From NCBI GenBank assembly GCA_034669905.1, contig JAXMOL010000031.1, positions 25,111-89,110 of the forward strand: 64,000 nt of DNA, read 5' to 3'. Both the position numbers and the translations under genes were made by a program. Of this stretch, positions 37,603 to 47,806 are shown piece by piece (position 1 is the first letter of the stretch; every line of letters starts with the position of its first letter). The notes beneath the pieces are model-generated. The model was not told the origin of the DNA and made no database searches. It saw only the letters and a list, made by a program, of their open reading frames with translations. This DNA is from Candidatus Hydrogenedentota bacterium. Lineage in GTDB: Bacteria; Hydrogenedentota; Hydrogenedentia; Hydrogenedentales; JAEUWI01.

Positions 37603-38640
37603 CTACATATACACTTCCACCCCGGTGCGACTCGACTCATAGGCGGCCTGCGCGATGGCCACGGCCTGGCGCCCATCCCATCCAGTGCCCTCCATGTCTC
37701 CCCCATGAACCCCATCCACCAGGCGTTGCAACGCCGTCGCATAGGTCTTCAGCCGGACGGGATCCAGAAAGCCCTTCCCGGCCCAGTCGATTTTCTCCTG
37801 CTCCGCCAGGACCTCCCACGCGCCCCCCGCTTTCGCGACACGGAGTTCTCCGTACCAATCGGAATCGATGAGCCCCTTCTCCAGCGTTACCTGGGTCGAA
37901 CCGCCCGTGCGTGGGATCCCGGGGCTCGGCACTTCAAAGGAACAAAAGATGGTGCAGACGGTGCCGTCTTCCAGCGTTACTATAAGGTCGGCGGTAGAAT
38001 CGACGTCGTAATCAGGGTCAAAAGAGCGGACCTTCGCGAACACTTTCGTAACTTCCTGGCCGGTAAGCCAACGGAGTTGGTCGATATTGTGAATACCATG
38101 ACCAATCAGGATGCCCACATTCTCCTTCTCTAACTGCCAGGCGGGCGTGCTCTTCATGCCATCGGGCACGACCTGGGTATTGTGAATGTGACGCACTTTT
38201 CCAAGCGTCCCCCCGTCTATCAGGCGCTTCATCTCTGTATTGCAGATACGGTCTCGCTGGGTGTAGGTAATGTCGCAACGTAACCGTCCCGCCTTGCAGG
38301 CCTTGAGGATGGCATCACATTCGGCGACGGTGCAGGCCATGGGCTTGTCAATAAGCAGGTGCTTGCCCGCATTGGCGGCGGCCAAGGCCTGAAAGCCATG
38401 GAGAGAGTGGGGCGTCGCAATGCAGATGATATCCACGTCTTCGCGGGACAGGAGCGCCTCCTCCGATTCTTCAAAGGCCACGTCGTATTCTTCGGCAAGG
38501 CCCTGGGCACGGCTTCCCACCGCCACGGCCTTCAGCGTCGCCCCGGTGACCTGCGTGGCAATGGTACGGGCATAGGTCTGCCCCATGAATCCCGCGCCGA
38601 TAATTCCGATTCCAAGTGTCTTCCCGTCCTGTGCTACCAT
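37603..38640 (-). CDS. Gfo/Idh/MocA family oxidoreductase
   Basis: IGIIGAGFMG, IATPHSLH, GKHLLIDKPMA, HGIHNIDQLRW. Confidence 0.92.
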   Translation of the reverse strand: MVAQDGKTLGIGIIGAGFMGQTYARTIATQVTGATLKAVAVGSRAQGLAEEYDVAFEESEEALLSREDVDIICIATPHSLHGFQALAAANAGKHLLIDKPMACTVAECDAILKACKAGRLRCDITYTQRDRICNTEMKRLIDGGTLGKVRHIHNTQVVPDGMKSTPAWQLEKENVGILIGHGIHNIDQLRWLTGQEVTKVFAKVRSFDPDYDVDSTADLIVTLEDGTVCTIFCSFEVPSPGIPRTGGSTQVTLEKGLIDSDWYGELRVAKAGGAWEVLAEQEKIDWAGKGFLDPVRLKTYATALQRLVDGVHGGDMEGTGWDGRQAVAIAQAAYESSRTGVEVYM

Positions 38641-38733
38641 GCTGATTCCCTTTTAAATGCGGCTTGTTGGTCGAAGGCGTATACTAGCCCAGACGGCCAC
38701 CCCACGCAAAACCGGACGCCCAAGGAACCTCTT

Positions 38734-39894
38734 ATGTCACGCCTTGCCATCGCCCTCGTTATCGTAGTAACGGGACTCGCCACCGCCCTTCCCGCCTCGG
38801 CCTGGCCAGGCTTCACCTGGGAAATCTGGCAGTCTACCACCCACGTGGAAGCACCGGGCATCGTGCGCCCCCAGGCCGGAAGAAGCGACCTCGTGCCCTT
38901 ACTGGAAGGCGCGAAGGGCCCCATCGACAACACCGATGCCTGGGAAGCGAAACAGGCGGAGATCAAAGCCGCACTCGCCACCCTCTTCGGCGAACCGGAC
39001 CCCTTAATTCGCGATGAAGGCCCCGTCGAAATCCTCGGCGAGGAAGCCCTCCCGGAATACCGACGCATTCACCTGCGGGTACCCGGCGAGCAAGGCGACC
39101 CCATTCCCGCCTACCTGCTGCTGCCCAATACGCCCATCGCGTCGCCCACGCCCGCCATGGTCGTCTTGCATCAGACCCAGGCCCCAGGCAAACAGGAAGC
39201 CGTCGGCCTCGTAGGCAATCCCGATATGGCCTTCGCCGATGAACTCGCCAAACGGGGCTTCATCTGCATCGCACCCGACGCCATCGGCTTTGGCGAGCGC
39301 ATTCCCGACGGCACCCAGCCCTACCACGACGCCATGGAACTCTACGACCGCCACCCCCAGTGGTCCTTCTTCGGCAAGATGAACTATGACCTTTCCCGGG
39401 TGGTGGACTATCTGGAATCCCGGTCCGAGGTGGACAAAACGCGCATCGGCGTGATTGGCCACTCCCATGGGGCCTACGGTTCCATTATGGGCACCATCTT
39501 CGAACCCCGCCTCGCACTAACCGTCGCGAGCTGTGGATTCAACACACTTCGCACGGACAACCGCCCCGATCGGTGGAGCCATCTCACCGCCCTCATGCCC
39601 CGCATGGGCTTCTATGTAGAAGATATCAAAGAGGCGCCCCTCGACTGGCACGAAATCATCGCCTGCATCGCGCCCCGTCCCTATTTCAACTGGGCCACCC
39701 TGGAAGACACCATTTTCCCCAATACCGAAAACCTGGCGGATATCTACGGACAGATGAAGCAGGTCTACGGCCTCTATGGCCAGAAAGAACAATTCCACGG
39801 CGAACTCGTCCCCGGAAAGCACCGCTTCCCCCGGGAAGGTCGGGAGATGGCCTATGGGTGGATTGACCAGGTCTTTGCGATCGAACGACCGTAA
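38734..39894 (+). CDS. Secreted alpha/beta hydrolase (dienelactone hydrolase/acetyl xylan esterase-like)
   Basis: IPAYLLLP, IGVIGHSHGA nucleophile elbow, IAPRP, GKHRF; AAGGA RBS before MSRLA. Confidence 0.85.
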   Translation: MSRLAIALVIVVTGLATALPASAWPGFTWEIWQSTTHVEAPGIVRPQAGRSDLVPLLEGAKGPIDNTDAWEAKQAEIKAALATLFGEPDPLIRDEGPVEILGEEALPEYRRIHLRVPGEQGDPIPAYLLLPNTPIASPTPAMVVLHQTQAPGKQEAVGLVGNPDMAFADELAKRGFICIAPDAIGFGERIPDGTQPYHDAMELYDRHPQWSFFGKMNYDLSRVVDYLESRSEVDKTRIGVIGHSHGAYGSIMGTIFEPRLALTVASCGFNTLRTDNRPDRWSHLTALMPRMGFYVEDIKEAPLDWHEIIACIAPRPYFNWATLEDTIFPNTENLADIYGQMKQVYGLYGQKEQFHGELVPGKHRFPREGREMAYGWIDQVFAIERP

Positions 39895-40033
39895 CCCGCG
39901 CCCCTTCCGCCCTCACTGCCTTTCCCGCCTAATGAAAACGTCCCAGATTGGCAAACACCGGCAGAGCCGGGGGTATGTGGAAAAACCCTGAAAAGGGGCC
40001 GAATCATCAAACTCGTGTACGGCGCCAAAGCAG

Positions 40034-40268
40034 TTAGTCCCGTAGGGACGACATAGCGTAGCCCAGCGGTGAAGCGAGGTACGAGCGTAACCCTGGGTAG
40101 ACCGGACCACAAAGGGCTGAACTCCGAAGGAGTGGCATAGGAAAATCCGGGCATATTCCCAACAGCTCTATGCCACCCCTTCGGGGTTAAACACTTCTTG
40201 CATTCGAGCGATCCCAGGGTTCGCTTCGCTCACGCCTGGGCTACGCTATGTCGTCCCTACGGGACTAA
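40034..40268. repeat. 235-bp palindromic non-autonomous element (IS200/RAYT-associated REPIN type)
   Basis: Perfect 33-bp terminal inverted repeat TTAGTCCCGTAGGGACGACATAGCGTAGCCCAG, with inner pairs AACCCTGGG/CCCAGGGTT and AACTCCGAAGGAGTGGCATAG/CTATGCCACCCCTTCGGGGTT. Confidence 0.85.
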
Positions 40269-40380
40269 AAAAGTACTTGGCACACAGCGCCCAGTGTATG
40301 AGCGCCAACAACTAACCCAGGAACGGCATAGCCGCATGAATTCTACCCGGCAAGGCCGCTTATTCCGCCCAAAATAGTCC

Positions 40381-40476
40381 TTGACCTCACTGACATCTTG
40401 TGGCATTATCATGAACTATAAGAATAGTTTTTGTGGCGCCCGTGTAATAGACTTCACGCACAGCGGCGCGTATGAT
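40381..40476 (+). promoter_or_regulatory. Tandem putative sigma70 promoters of the MoxR operon
   Basis: TTGACC-17-CATTAT (40381-40409) and TAGACT-17-TATGAT (40448-40476). Confidence 0.45.
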
Positions 40477-40623
40477 GAATTTATCGGCGCACGGGGTGTA
40501 CTACCTCTGTCGTGTCACACTACGTGTCAACACCTAACGCCTCAAACGCGTTATGCTCGGTGTGGGCGGCACGGCCCAATGTGGGTTCACTCTCAACACA
40601 AGACGGCAGAGGAGGTAGGGACT

Positions 40624-41655
40624 ATGGCGGGACAGGGCGTTCAACAGCCAGTGGGCTTAAACGGGGGCGATGCCACCGAGTTACTCAATCGTTTCCATCG
40701 GGGCTATCACGCCCTGTTGAAGGAACTGCATCGGGCAATCGTCGGGCAAGACCAGGTCATTGAATCCGTCTTGTGCGCCATGCTGGCCGGCGGTCACTGC
40801 CTCGTGCAAGGTGTACCGGGCCTCGCCAAGACCCTGTTAATAAGCTCCCTGGCCGACACCCTTGATCTCAACTTCAACCGTATTCAGTTCACCCCCGACC
40901 TTATGCCGGGCGACATCACCGGTGCCGAAATCATCCAGGAAGATCCCGACAGCCATCAGCGCCGTTTCGAGTTCATCAAAGGCCCTGTCTTTGCGAACAT
41001 TGTCCTCGCCGATGAGATTAACCGCACACCGCCCAAGACGCAGGCAGCCCTCTTACAGGCCATGCAGGAACGGGAAGTGACGATTGCGGGCCATACCCAT
41101 GACCTCCCCGCGCCCTTCTTTATCCTGGCGACCCAGAATCCCATCGAACAGGAAGGCACCTATCCCCTGCCCGAGGCGGCCCTCGATCGCTTCATGTTCA
41201 TGGTCTATATGGATTACCCGACGGCGCTCGAAGAGCACGAAGTCATCAAACGCACCACCACCGGGAAGGCCACACAGCTCCGTCCCGTATTGAGCCGTGA
41301 AGATCTGGTCCAGTTCCAGGACTTGGTCCGGAGCGCACCCGTGAGTGACGCCGTCATCGAATATGCCGTGCAACTCACCCGTGCCAGCCGTCCCACCGAC
41401 CCCCTCGCCAGTGAAATGGCGAAGCGCTACCTCAAGTTTGGCGCGGGGCCCCGCTCGGGCCAATTCATGACCCTGGCCTCCAAAGCACTCGCCCTGATGA
41501 ATGGACGGGTCACGCCGAGCTATGAAGACATCCGTTACGTAGCCCCCATGGTGCTGCGTCACCGGGTAGTCACCAATTTCGATGCGGAAGCCGACGGTGT
41601 ATCCGTGGAGGAAGTCATCGCCGACATCATTAAGCAGGTGGCCCCACCCGCTTAA
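40624..41655 (+). CDS. moxR: MoxR family AAA+ ATPase
   Basis: GVPGLAKT, RIQFTPDLMPGDITG, LADEINRTPPKTQAALL, ATQNPIEQEGTYPLPEA, GAGPR; GAGGAGG RBS. Confidence 0.95.
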   Translation: MAGQGVQQPVGLNGGDATELLNRFHRGYHALLKELHRAIVGQDQVIESVLCAMLAGGHCLVQGVPGLAKTLLISSLADTLDLNFNRIQFTPDLMPGDITGAEIIQEDPDSHQRRFEFIKGPVFANIVLADEINRTPPKTQAALLQAMQEREVTIAGHTHDLPAPFFILATQNPIEQEGTYPLPEAALDRFMFMVYMDYPTALEEHEVIKRTTTGKATQLRPVLSREDLVQFQDLVRSAPVSDAVIEYAVQLTRASRPTDPLASEMAKRYLKFGAGPRSGQFMTLASKALALMNGRVTPSYEDIRYVAPMVLRHRVVTNFDAEADGVSVEEVIADIIKQVAPPA

Positions 41656-41712
41656 ACGACCAGGAGTGATTGCAGCAAATTCCATCTCTTCAAGGCAGGC
41701 AGGACGGGTTAA

Positions 41713-42618
41713 ATGGCGGCAACAACCAAACAGAACTACCTCGATCCCCAGGTCTTAAACCGGCTGGGCAATATGAGCCTGGTGGCGCGCTGCTGCGTGC
41801 AGGGCTTTTTCTCCGGGCTCCATCCCAGTCCCTTTCACGGATTCAGCGTGGAATACAGTGACCATCGCCAATACGAGCGCGGTGATGATCTCCGTTTTCT
41901 CGACTGGAAAGCCTATGCCCGGAGTGACAAGCTCTATATCAAGCGCTTCCTCCAGGAAACGAACGTCCCGGTTCACATTCTGCTGGACGCCAGTAACAGC
42001 ATGACCTTCTCCGGCGATTCGGATTACAGCAAACTATCCTATGGCTGCTTCCTAAGTGCGGCCCTGGCCTTCCTCATGTTGGGCCAGGGGGATAGCGTGG
42101 GCCTCACAATTTTTAACGACAAAATCCGCACCAAGATCCCCCCACGGTCCCGCCGCACCCATCTCCACGCCATTCTCAAGGCCCTCCAGCACTGTAAGGG
42201 CACGGGCCAGACCGACCTGGGAAGCGTGCTCCATACCTTCGCAGAAACGACTTCCCGCCGGGGTATCGTCATTCTTATCAGTGACCTGCTCGACGACAAA
42301 GAAGAAATTCAACGGGCCCTCGCCCACCTGAAATTCCTGCAACACGACATTCTTCTCTTTCACACCCTCGACCATATGGAACTGGCCCTGCCCTATGATG
42401 GCCTGGTGCAATTCGAGGATATGGAGTCCGACAATCGGGTCCAGGTCTATCCCAAGGCGATACGGGAGGCCTACATGGAAAAAGTAGCGGCCTATCTCGA
42501 GTCCATCGAAAAAGAAACCGGGCGCTCTCAGATCGACTACTGCCGACTGGACACGTCGAAACCACTGGACCGGGCCTTCTTCGCCTATCTGGGCAAACGA
42601 AAGCGGATGCGGAAATGA
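41713..42618 (+). CDS. DUF58 domain (vWA-like) protein
   Basis: GFSVEYSDHRQY..GDDLRFLDWK, LDASNSM MIDAS motif, LISDLL. Confidence 0.93.
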   Translation: MAATTKQNYLDPQVLNRLGNMSLVARCCVQGFFSGLHPSPFHGFSVEYSDHRQYERGDDLRFLDWKAYARSDKLYIKRFLQETNVPVHILLDASNSMTFSGDSDYSKLSYGCFLSAALAFLMLGQGDSVGLTIFNDKIRTKIPPRSRRTHLHAILKALQHCKGTGQTDLGSVLHTFAETTSRRGIVILISDLLDDKEEIQRALAHLKFLQHDILLFHTLDHMELALPYDGLVQFEDMESDNRVQVYPKAIREAYMEKVAAYLESIEKETGRSQIDYCRLDTSKPLDRAFFAYLGKRKRMRK

Positions 42619-44633
42619 GCTTTCTTAACATACTCTTTCTGGTCGGCGCGGTAGGCATCGCGGGGCCCATCCTCGCCCACTTGCTGGCCCGTCCCCGCTT
42701 CAAACGCATCCCCTTTACCATGATGCAGTTTCTGGAAGCCGGCGAAATGGAAAGCCAACGTCGGCGACGCTTCCGCAACATCCTCATCCTCCTGCTCCGC
42801 TGCGCCATCATTCTCTGCATCGTCCTCGGCTTTGCCGGCCCGGTCTTCGAAGAAAAAGTAGCCGCCACGGAAGACCAGGCCACGGTAATTGTCGGTGTAG
42901 ACGACTCCCTGTCCCTCGCCTATGAGAACCGATTCGAGGAAAGCCGCAACGCCATCGAACAGCGACTCGCTGCCCTGCCCGCAGACGCCCGCATCACTAT
43001 CGTTGGATTGGCTTCTGGGCAGCGGCTCCAGGAAGCGGATGTACCCACTGCCGTCGCCTTTCTGAAACAACTGGAGCCCGTCCCCGCAACCGCTGTCCTG
43101 AGTAATCTCTTGAACAGCCTGCCCCCGTCCGGCGAACACGCCGGCAACCTATCCGTCTATCTGGCGAGCGACTTTACGCCCCACATGTTAGGTCAGATTT
43201 CCGGCCACGGCGAGCCCGCGACGGTCTCCAACTATGAGGCACTCTTTCCCACCGACCCAACGCCCCCCACAAACGGAAGAATCATTTCGGTACGTCCCTC
43301 CGCACCCACCGCAGAGGTCCTCCAACTTGCCGTCGTGCTCGAGCATCAAGGAGCGGAAGTCGCCCACCTGGAGATCCAAGCCCATATCGGCGATTCGGAA
43401 ACAGTAGTCGCTCCGGTCACCCTACACCCCGGCCGCAGAGGCTCTGTCACCCTGCGCCTCCCCAATGAGGACACCTCAGGTGAGAGTATTCCGGTAACCG
43501 TATCCGTGCGAACGAACGACGGGCTGGCGGCAGACAATCACCACTATCTGGGTGTCGCCTTCCCCGAGCGCAGCGAAACCTATGTGCTCATTCTCTGCAC
43601 CAATCGGCGAGAGGCCTTTCTCGTGCAGACCGCACTCGACGCATTGGGCAATTCCTTGCCCCACTTCCAGTTTACCACCCAGGTCATGCCCTATGGCCTC
43701 CTCGATCCTTCCTCTCTTCAGGTGGCCGATACCGTCATCGTAACGGCTGCCGACCCTGCCCTGGAACGTGTATCGGACGCCCTGGAGACCTTCGTTAAAG
43801 ACGGGGGACAGCTCATCACCTTCCTCGGACGCGAACAGGATGAAAGCACCCTCAAGACCCTCTACACCCGGGGCCTCTTACCTGCCCACCCGCTCGAACT
43901 AAAAGAAAACGCCATCACCTTGACGGCCGCCGTGGCCCCGACCCGCTCTTCGAAGGCTTCGGGGGCCTTGCGCGCGCTGCAAAACTATGACCTGGGAGGC
44001 TATGTTTTCGATGCCTGGTACGCCTGTGAAATGGCCCCTGACAGCGAAGCCCAGTGGTTCCTGGAAAGTGGTGATGCCCTGCTCTATCGGCGGGAGTCCG
44101 GCGCAGGCGAGACCATACTGCTCAACACCAGCGCCGATGACAGCCTTTCGGGACTCTCCAAGTCGCCGGCGGTCCTGCCACTCTACAGCTATCTGTTGGG
44201 CACCGAAGGCACCCTGCTCGTCGCCTCTTTCGATGCGGATGCGCCCATACGTTTTACCTGTGCCCCGTCCTCTGCGTCAGAGAATCGCTCCGTCATTATC
44301 ACTACCCCCGCAGGCCAGCGACGGGACGGCGAATTCGCACAGGGCAGCCTTCGGGCACCGCCGCTTAACGAACTTGGAATCGCCACATCCACGACACCGG
44401 GCGCCCCGGTATACCTGGGCCTCAACGTGCCGCCAGGAGAAACCGACCTGACCCCCGCCACGGAAGCACAAATCCAGGGGGCCATGGCCCGACTCTTTCG
44501 CAAGGCGTCTGCAGAAACCGCACAGGAAGGTAACCACACAACCGCCCGAACCCATTTCAGCGCCTGGGCCTTGGCCGCCGCACTGGGCCTCTTACTACTG
44601 GAAACCTTCGTCGCCAACCGGATGGTACGTTAG
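42615..44633 (+). CDS. BatA N-terminal domain + vWA membrane protein
   Basis: MSFLN...PILAHLL...PF.MMQFL...LLLLR BatA double-TM signature, VDDSLS MIDAS motif, DGLAADN, C-terminal TM with LLLET. Confidence 0.85.
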   Translation: MSFLNILFLVGAVGIAGPILAHLLARPRFKRIPFTMMQFLEAGEMESQRRRRFRNILILLLRCAIILCIVLGFAGPVFEEKVAATEDQATVIVGVDDSLSLAYENRFEESRNAIEQRLAALPADARITIVGLASGQRLQEADVPTAVAFLKQLEPVPATAVLSNLLNSLPPSGEHAGNLSVYLASDFTPHMLGQISGHGEPATVSNYEALFPTDPTPPTNGRIISVRPSAPTAEVLQLAVVLEHQGAEVAHLEIQAHIGDSETVVAPVTLHPGRRGSVTLRLPNEDTSGESIPVTVSVRTNDGLAADNHHYLGVAFPERSETYVLILCTNRREAFLVQTALDALGNSLPHFQFTTQVMPYGLLDPSSLQVADTVIVTAADPALERVSDALETFVKDGGQLITFLGREQDESTLKTLYTRGLLPAHPLELKENAITLTAAVAPTRSSKASGALRALQNYDLGGYVFDAWYACEMAPDSEAQWFLESGDALLYRRESGAGETILLNTSADDSLSGLSKSPAVLPLYSYLLGTEGTLLVASFDADAPIRFTCAPSSASENRSVIITTPAGQRRDGEFAQGSLRAPPLNELGIATSTTPGAPVYLGLNVPPGETDLTPATEAQIQGAMARLFRKASAETAQEGNHTTARTHFSAWALAAALGLLLLETFVANRMVR

Positions 44634-44635
44634 CC

Positions 44636-47600
44636 ATGTCTGATATCGCCCTGGACCCCGCCCTGCAACGCATTGTCGACCGTGTCGACCTGGTGCGTAG
44701 ACGGCTGGCCTTGACCAGTTTGCTTCGCTGGATCGCCTCCTTCCTTGGAGCCATCCTGCTCTACATTGTGCTCTATGCCTGGTTGGACCATCACCTGCAC
44801 TTCGGTGCCCTGGCCCGCACTTTCGCGCTCGCCCTGCTGGCAACCGGTATGGCCATCGCCCTCTACCGCTTCGCCATGGCGGTGCGCAGCCACATCGCAC
44901 TGGAACATGCCGCACGCTATATCGAGCACCGCAGTTCGTGCCACCAGCAACTGGTCGCCACCGTCGAGTATTTTGCCAACCGCGATGACTACGCCTATTC
45001 CGAGTCCCTCGCCCATTTTATGATTCGGCAGGTCGACCAGCACACGGCCCAAATCGACTGGGGACAACTGGTACCCCGATGGCCACGCCTCCTTTCCCTC
45101 GCGGTGATCGTCCTGGGCACGCTGGCCACGGTGTGGATGGCATGGAATAATGGCAGTTACTTCGCCCATTACATCGCCCGCCTGATCCAACCCACCGCCA
45201 CGATCGCCCCCCTGCCTGCCACCACGCTCACCCTGGCGGACTCCGACCTGGTCGTGGCCGAACGTAACAACTTCGAAATGGCCGCCACCATCAGCGGCAA
45301 GCTCCCGGAGGAAGGCCATCTCCTGCTGACTCCCCAGTCCAACACCGGGGAAACCCCCGCAACCAAACGTATCCGCCTCCGCCCCTTGAAGGACGACGCC
45401 GGTGCCGATCGCTTTGCCCTGCTGACCCAACTGCCCCTCGGCGAATACACCTTCCAATTTTCAACGGCAGATATCCAGTCCAAGACCGGAACAGTTCGCG
45501 TACGGCCCCGGCCGGAACTTGCATCGCTCACCGCCCACGTGACCCCGCCGTCCGCCCTTGGCCTGGCGCCCTACGACAAAGCCATCGAAGAAGGACGACT
45601 TGAAGTTATGGAAGGCGCAGAGGTGCTATTGAGCCTTAATGGCACCGTGCCCATCGCCTCGGCCACGGTACAGGCAGGCGAAGCGGAATCCACCTCCCAT
45701 TTGGCAGACGAGGACGGGACGATTACGTATCCCTTCGCAGCGAAAGCGCCCCTTTCACTGGCCTTCACCCTGACCAGTGCGGAGGGCCTCGTGAATGACG
45801 CGTTACCCCCCCTGGACGTCACCCTTCTTAAGGACGAGGCCCCCCACTTCGATTATGTTTCCCCCGGCTCCGACTATCTGGCGACCAACGTGGCCAGTAT
45901 TCCCCTCGAATTCACGGTTGAAGACGATTTCGGGCTCGCCGAAGCGGCCCTGGTACTTGAAATCGACGGCCAGTCCCCTGTCCGCGTCCCCGCCACCATC
46001 GAAGGGGACGGCAAGTCGACCACCATCCGCCACCTGCTCGAACTGGAGGAGCACGATCTCAGCATCGGCGATACCATCCTCATCTATGCCACGGCCAGGG
46101 AAGTCGCTTCTGCCCTTAAGAAAAGCGACGGCATCGCACAGAGCGAAGTGAGCTTCGTTGAAATCCGTGCGTACAACCAAATCGTGCATCAGGCTTCGGA
46201 ATCCATGGGCGGAAACTTCAGTCCCCCTCGCGGGCAGGGCGGGGAACGCCTTCCGACCCTTCTTCAGGTGCTCGAGTACACCCGGGCCATCATGAAGAAA
46301 ACCTGGTCCCTCCAGAACGCGGCCCCACTGGATGAAGAAGAGCAGCGCAAAGCCGGCGGCATCGCCACCGATGCAGCGTTCATCGCCGACAAGGTGGCCA
46401 AAATAAAATCCGCCTCCCAGAGCCGCATGACACCGGAGCAGTCCCGTGAAATGGGACAACTTGCCACGGAACTCTTTGCCACGGGCGACGCCATGCGGGA
46501 GGAACGGGTCGAAGATGCCCTCGAGCCCACCAAGGTCGCCTATCGCATCGCCCGAAAGCTGGTAGACGAATTGGAGAAAGGAGAGACGCCTCCCGGAGGG
46601 GGCAGCCAGCGCGACCTACTGGACAGCATCAAGCTGGAGGAGCAGGTGCACCTGACCCGCTTCGAAGATGAACAGGTCCAATGGGAGCTGAAGAAACTGG
46701 CGGAAGAACTGGACACCCTCCGTGAAAAACAGAAAGCCCTGGCCAAGCGCTTCGAGCGCTTCCTGTTGAAGCAACCGCAGCAGGAAGGACACACCCAGAA
46801 AATCACGGACGAAACCTCCGAGGTGCAGCAAAGTAATGCCCCACAAGACGATTCGGCCTCTTCCGAGTCCGCCGGTGGAAGTGGCACTGCTTCCCGCATG
46901 GCCAAAGACGGCTCGCTTCTTCCTCAAACCGGCAACCCCAAGAGCGGAAAAAGCGGTTCCACGGCCTCACCGGAAGAGATTCTGGCGATGTTTCAGGCCG
47001 CGCAAAAGACCTTGGAATCCGAGGTGGCAAAGCTCGAATCGGAATTGCGTAGCATGGCCGCGCAAGGAGAATCTGCGGCGTCAGGCAGTGGAAGTCTGGG
47101 GGCCCCGACACTGGCAAACTCTCCCAACAGCAGGCGTCCCGGAGAGCGGAGCGAGGACGAGGCAAAACGTGGCGACGTGAAGGATGCCGCCGATGCGCTG
47201 GCACGCGCGCGGGATGCCATGGGAGAATTACAGCAACAAGCCGCCGCACGTTATTTTGACACGGATGACGGGGAAAAGGCCGAAAAGGAAACCCGTGATG
47301 CCCTGAAGAAGATTGACGATGCAATGGAAGAAGGAATGGCGCTGGTGGAGGGCATCATCAACCGCGACAGCCGTGCGCGAACCGCCGACCTGCTGGCCGC
47401 GCAGGCCGAAAAGGCGGCAGAGATTGCCCGGGCTTTCGAAGAGAATCTGGACCCCATTGAAGAGGAGCGGCTCCAATCGGAGTTGATGGAGTTGACCGAA
47501 ACGGGCCATACGGGCGGCAGCAACTACGTGCAGCATTTCCGGGGAGCTGGCGCGCCGCCTCGCTATATCGCCCTGGTAGACTCCATCGTCCCCCCGACCG

Positions 47601-47806
47601 ACAAATCCAATATGCCCGCCTTTATCGATACGGAACCCCGCCGGGCCGCCCGTTATCTGGCCGAAAAATTCTGGACCCTGGCCATCCAGGCCGATAAGGA
47701 GCGGGGTTCGCTTCGGGACGATGAGGTCGCGGACGCCGAATACCGCGTTCCCGAGCGTTCGTTCTACGAATCGGCGGCCCGCTTCAACGGGGAGACCATA
47801 CGATGA
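44636..47806 (+). CDS. Large membrane-anchored protein with Ig-like and coiled-coil regions (DUF4175-like)
   Basis: Three N-terminal TMs, DEAP...VEDDFGL module, long Q/E/K-rich helical C-terminus; tightly packed in the operon. Confidence 0.75.
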   Translation: MSDIALDPALQRIVDRVDLVRRRLALTSLLRWIASFLGAILLYIVLYAWLDHHLHFGALARTFALALLATGMAIALYRFAMAVRSHIALEHAARYIEHRSSCHQQLVATVEYFANRDDYAYSESLAHFMIRQVDQHTAQIDWGQLVPRWPRLLSLAVIVLGTLATVWMAWNNGSYFAHYIARLIQPTATIAPLPATTLTLADSDLVVAERNNFEMAATISGKLPEEGHLLLTPQSNTGETPATKRIRLRPLKDDAGADRFALLTQLPLGEYTFQFSTADIQSKTGTVRVRPRPELASLTAHVTPPSALGLAPYDKAIEEGRLEVMEGAEVLLSLNGTVPIASATVQAGEAESTSHLADEDGTITYPFAAKAPLSLAFTLTSAEGLVNDALPPLDVTLLKDEAPHFDYVSPGSDYLATNVASIPLEFTVEDDFGLAEAALVLEIDGQSPVRVPATIEGDGKSTTIRHLLELEEHDLSIGDTILIYATAREVASALKKSDGIAQSEVSFVEIRAYNQIVHQASESMGGNFSPPRGQGGERLPTLLQVLEYTRAIMKKTWSLQNAAPLDEEEQRKAGGIATDAAFIADKVAKIKSASQSRMTPEQSREMGQLATELFATGDAMREERVEDALEPTKVAYRIARKLVDELEKGETPPGGGSQRDLLDSIKLEEQVHLTRFEDEQVQWELKKLAEELDTLREKQKALAKRFERFLLKQPQQEGHTQKITDETSEVQQSNAPQDDSASSESAGGSGTASRMAKDGSLLPQTGNPKSGKSGSTASPEEILAMFQAAQKTLESEVAKLESELRSMAAQGESAASGSGSLGAPTLANSPNSRRPGERSEDEAKRGDVKDAADALARARDAMGELQQQAAARYFDTDDGEKAEKETRDALKKIDDAMEEGMALVEGIINRDSRARTADLLAAQAEKAAEIARAFEENLDPIEEERLQSELMELTETGHTGGSNYVQHFRGAGAPPRYIALVDSIVPPTDKSNMPAFIDTEPRRAARYLAEKFWTLAIQADKERGSLRDDEVADAEYRVPERSFYESAARFNGETIR

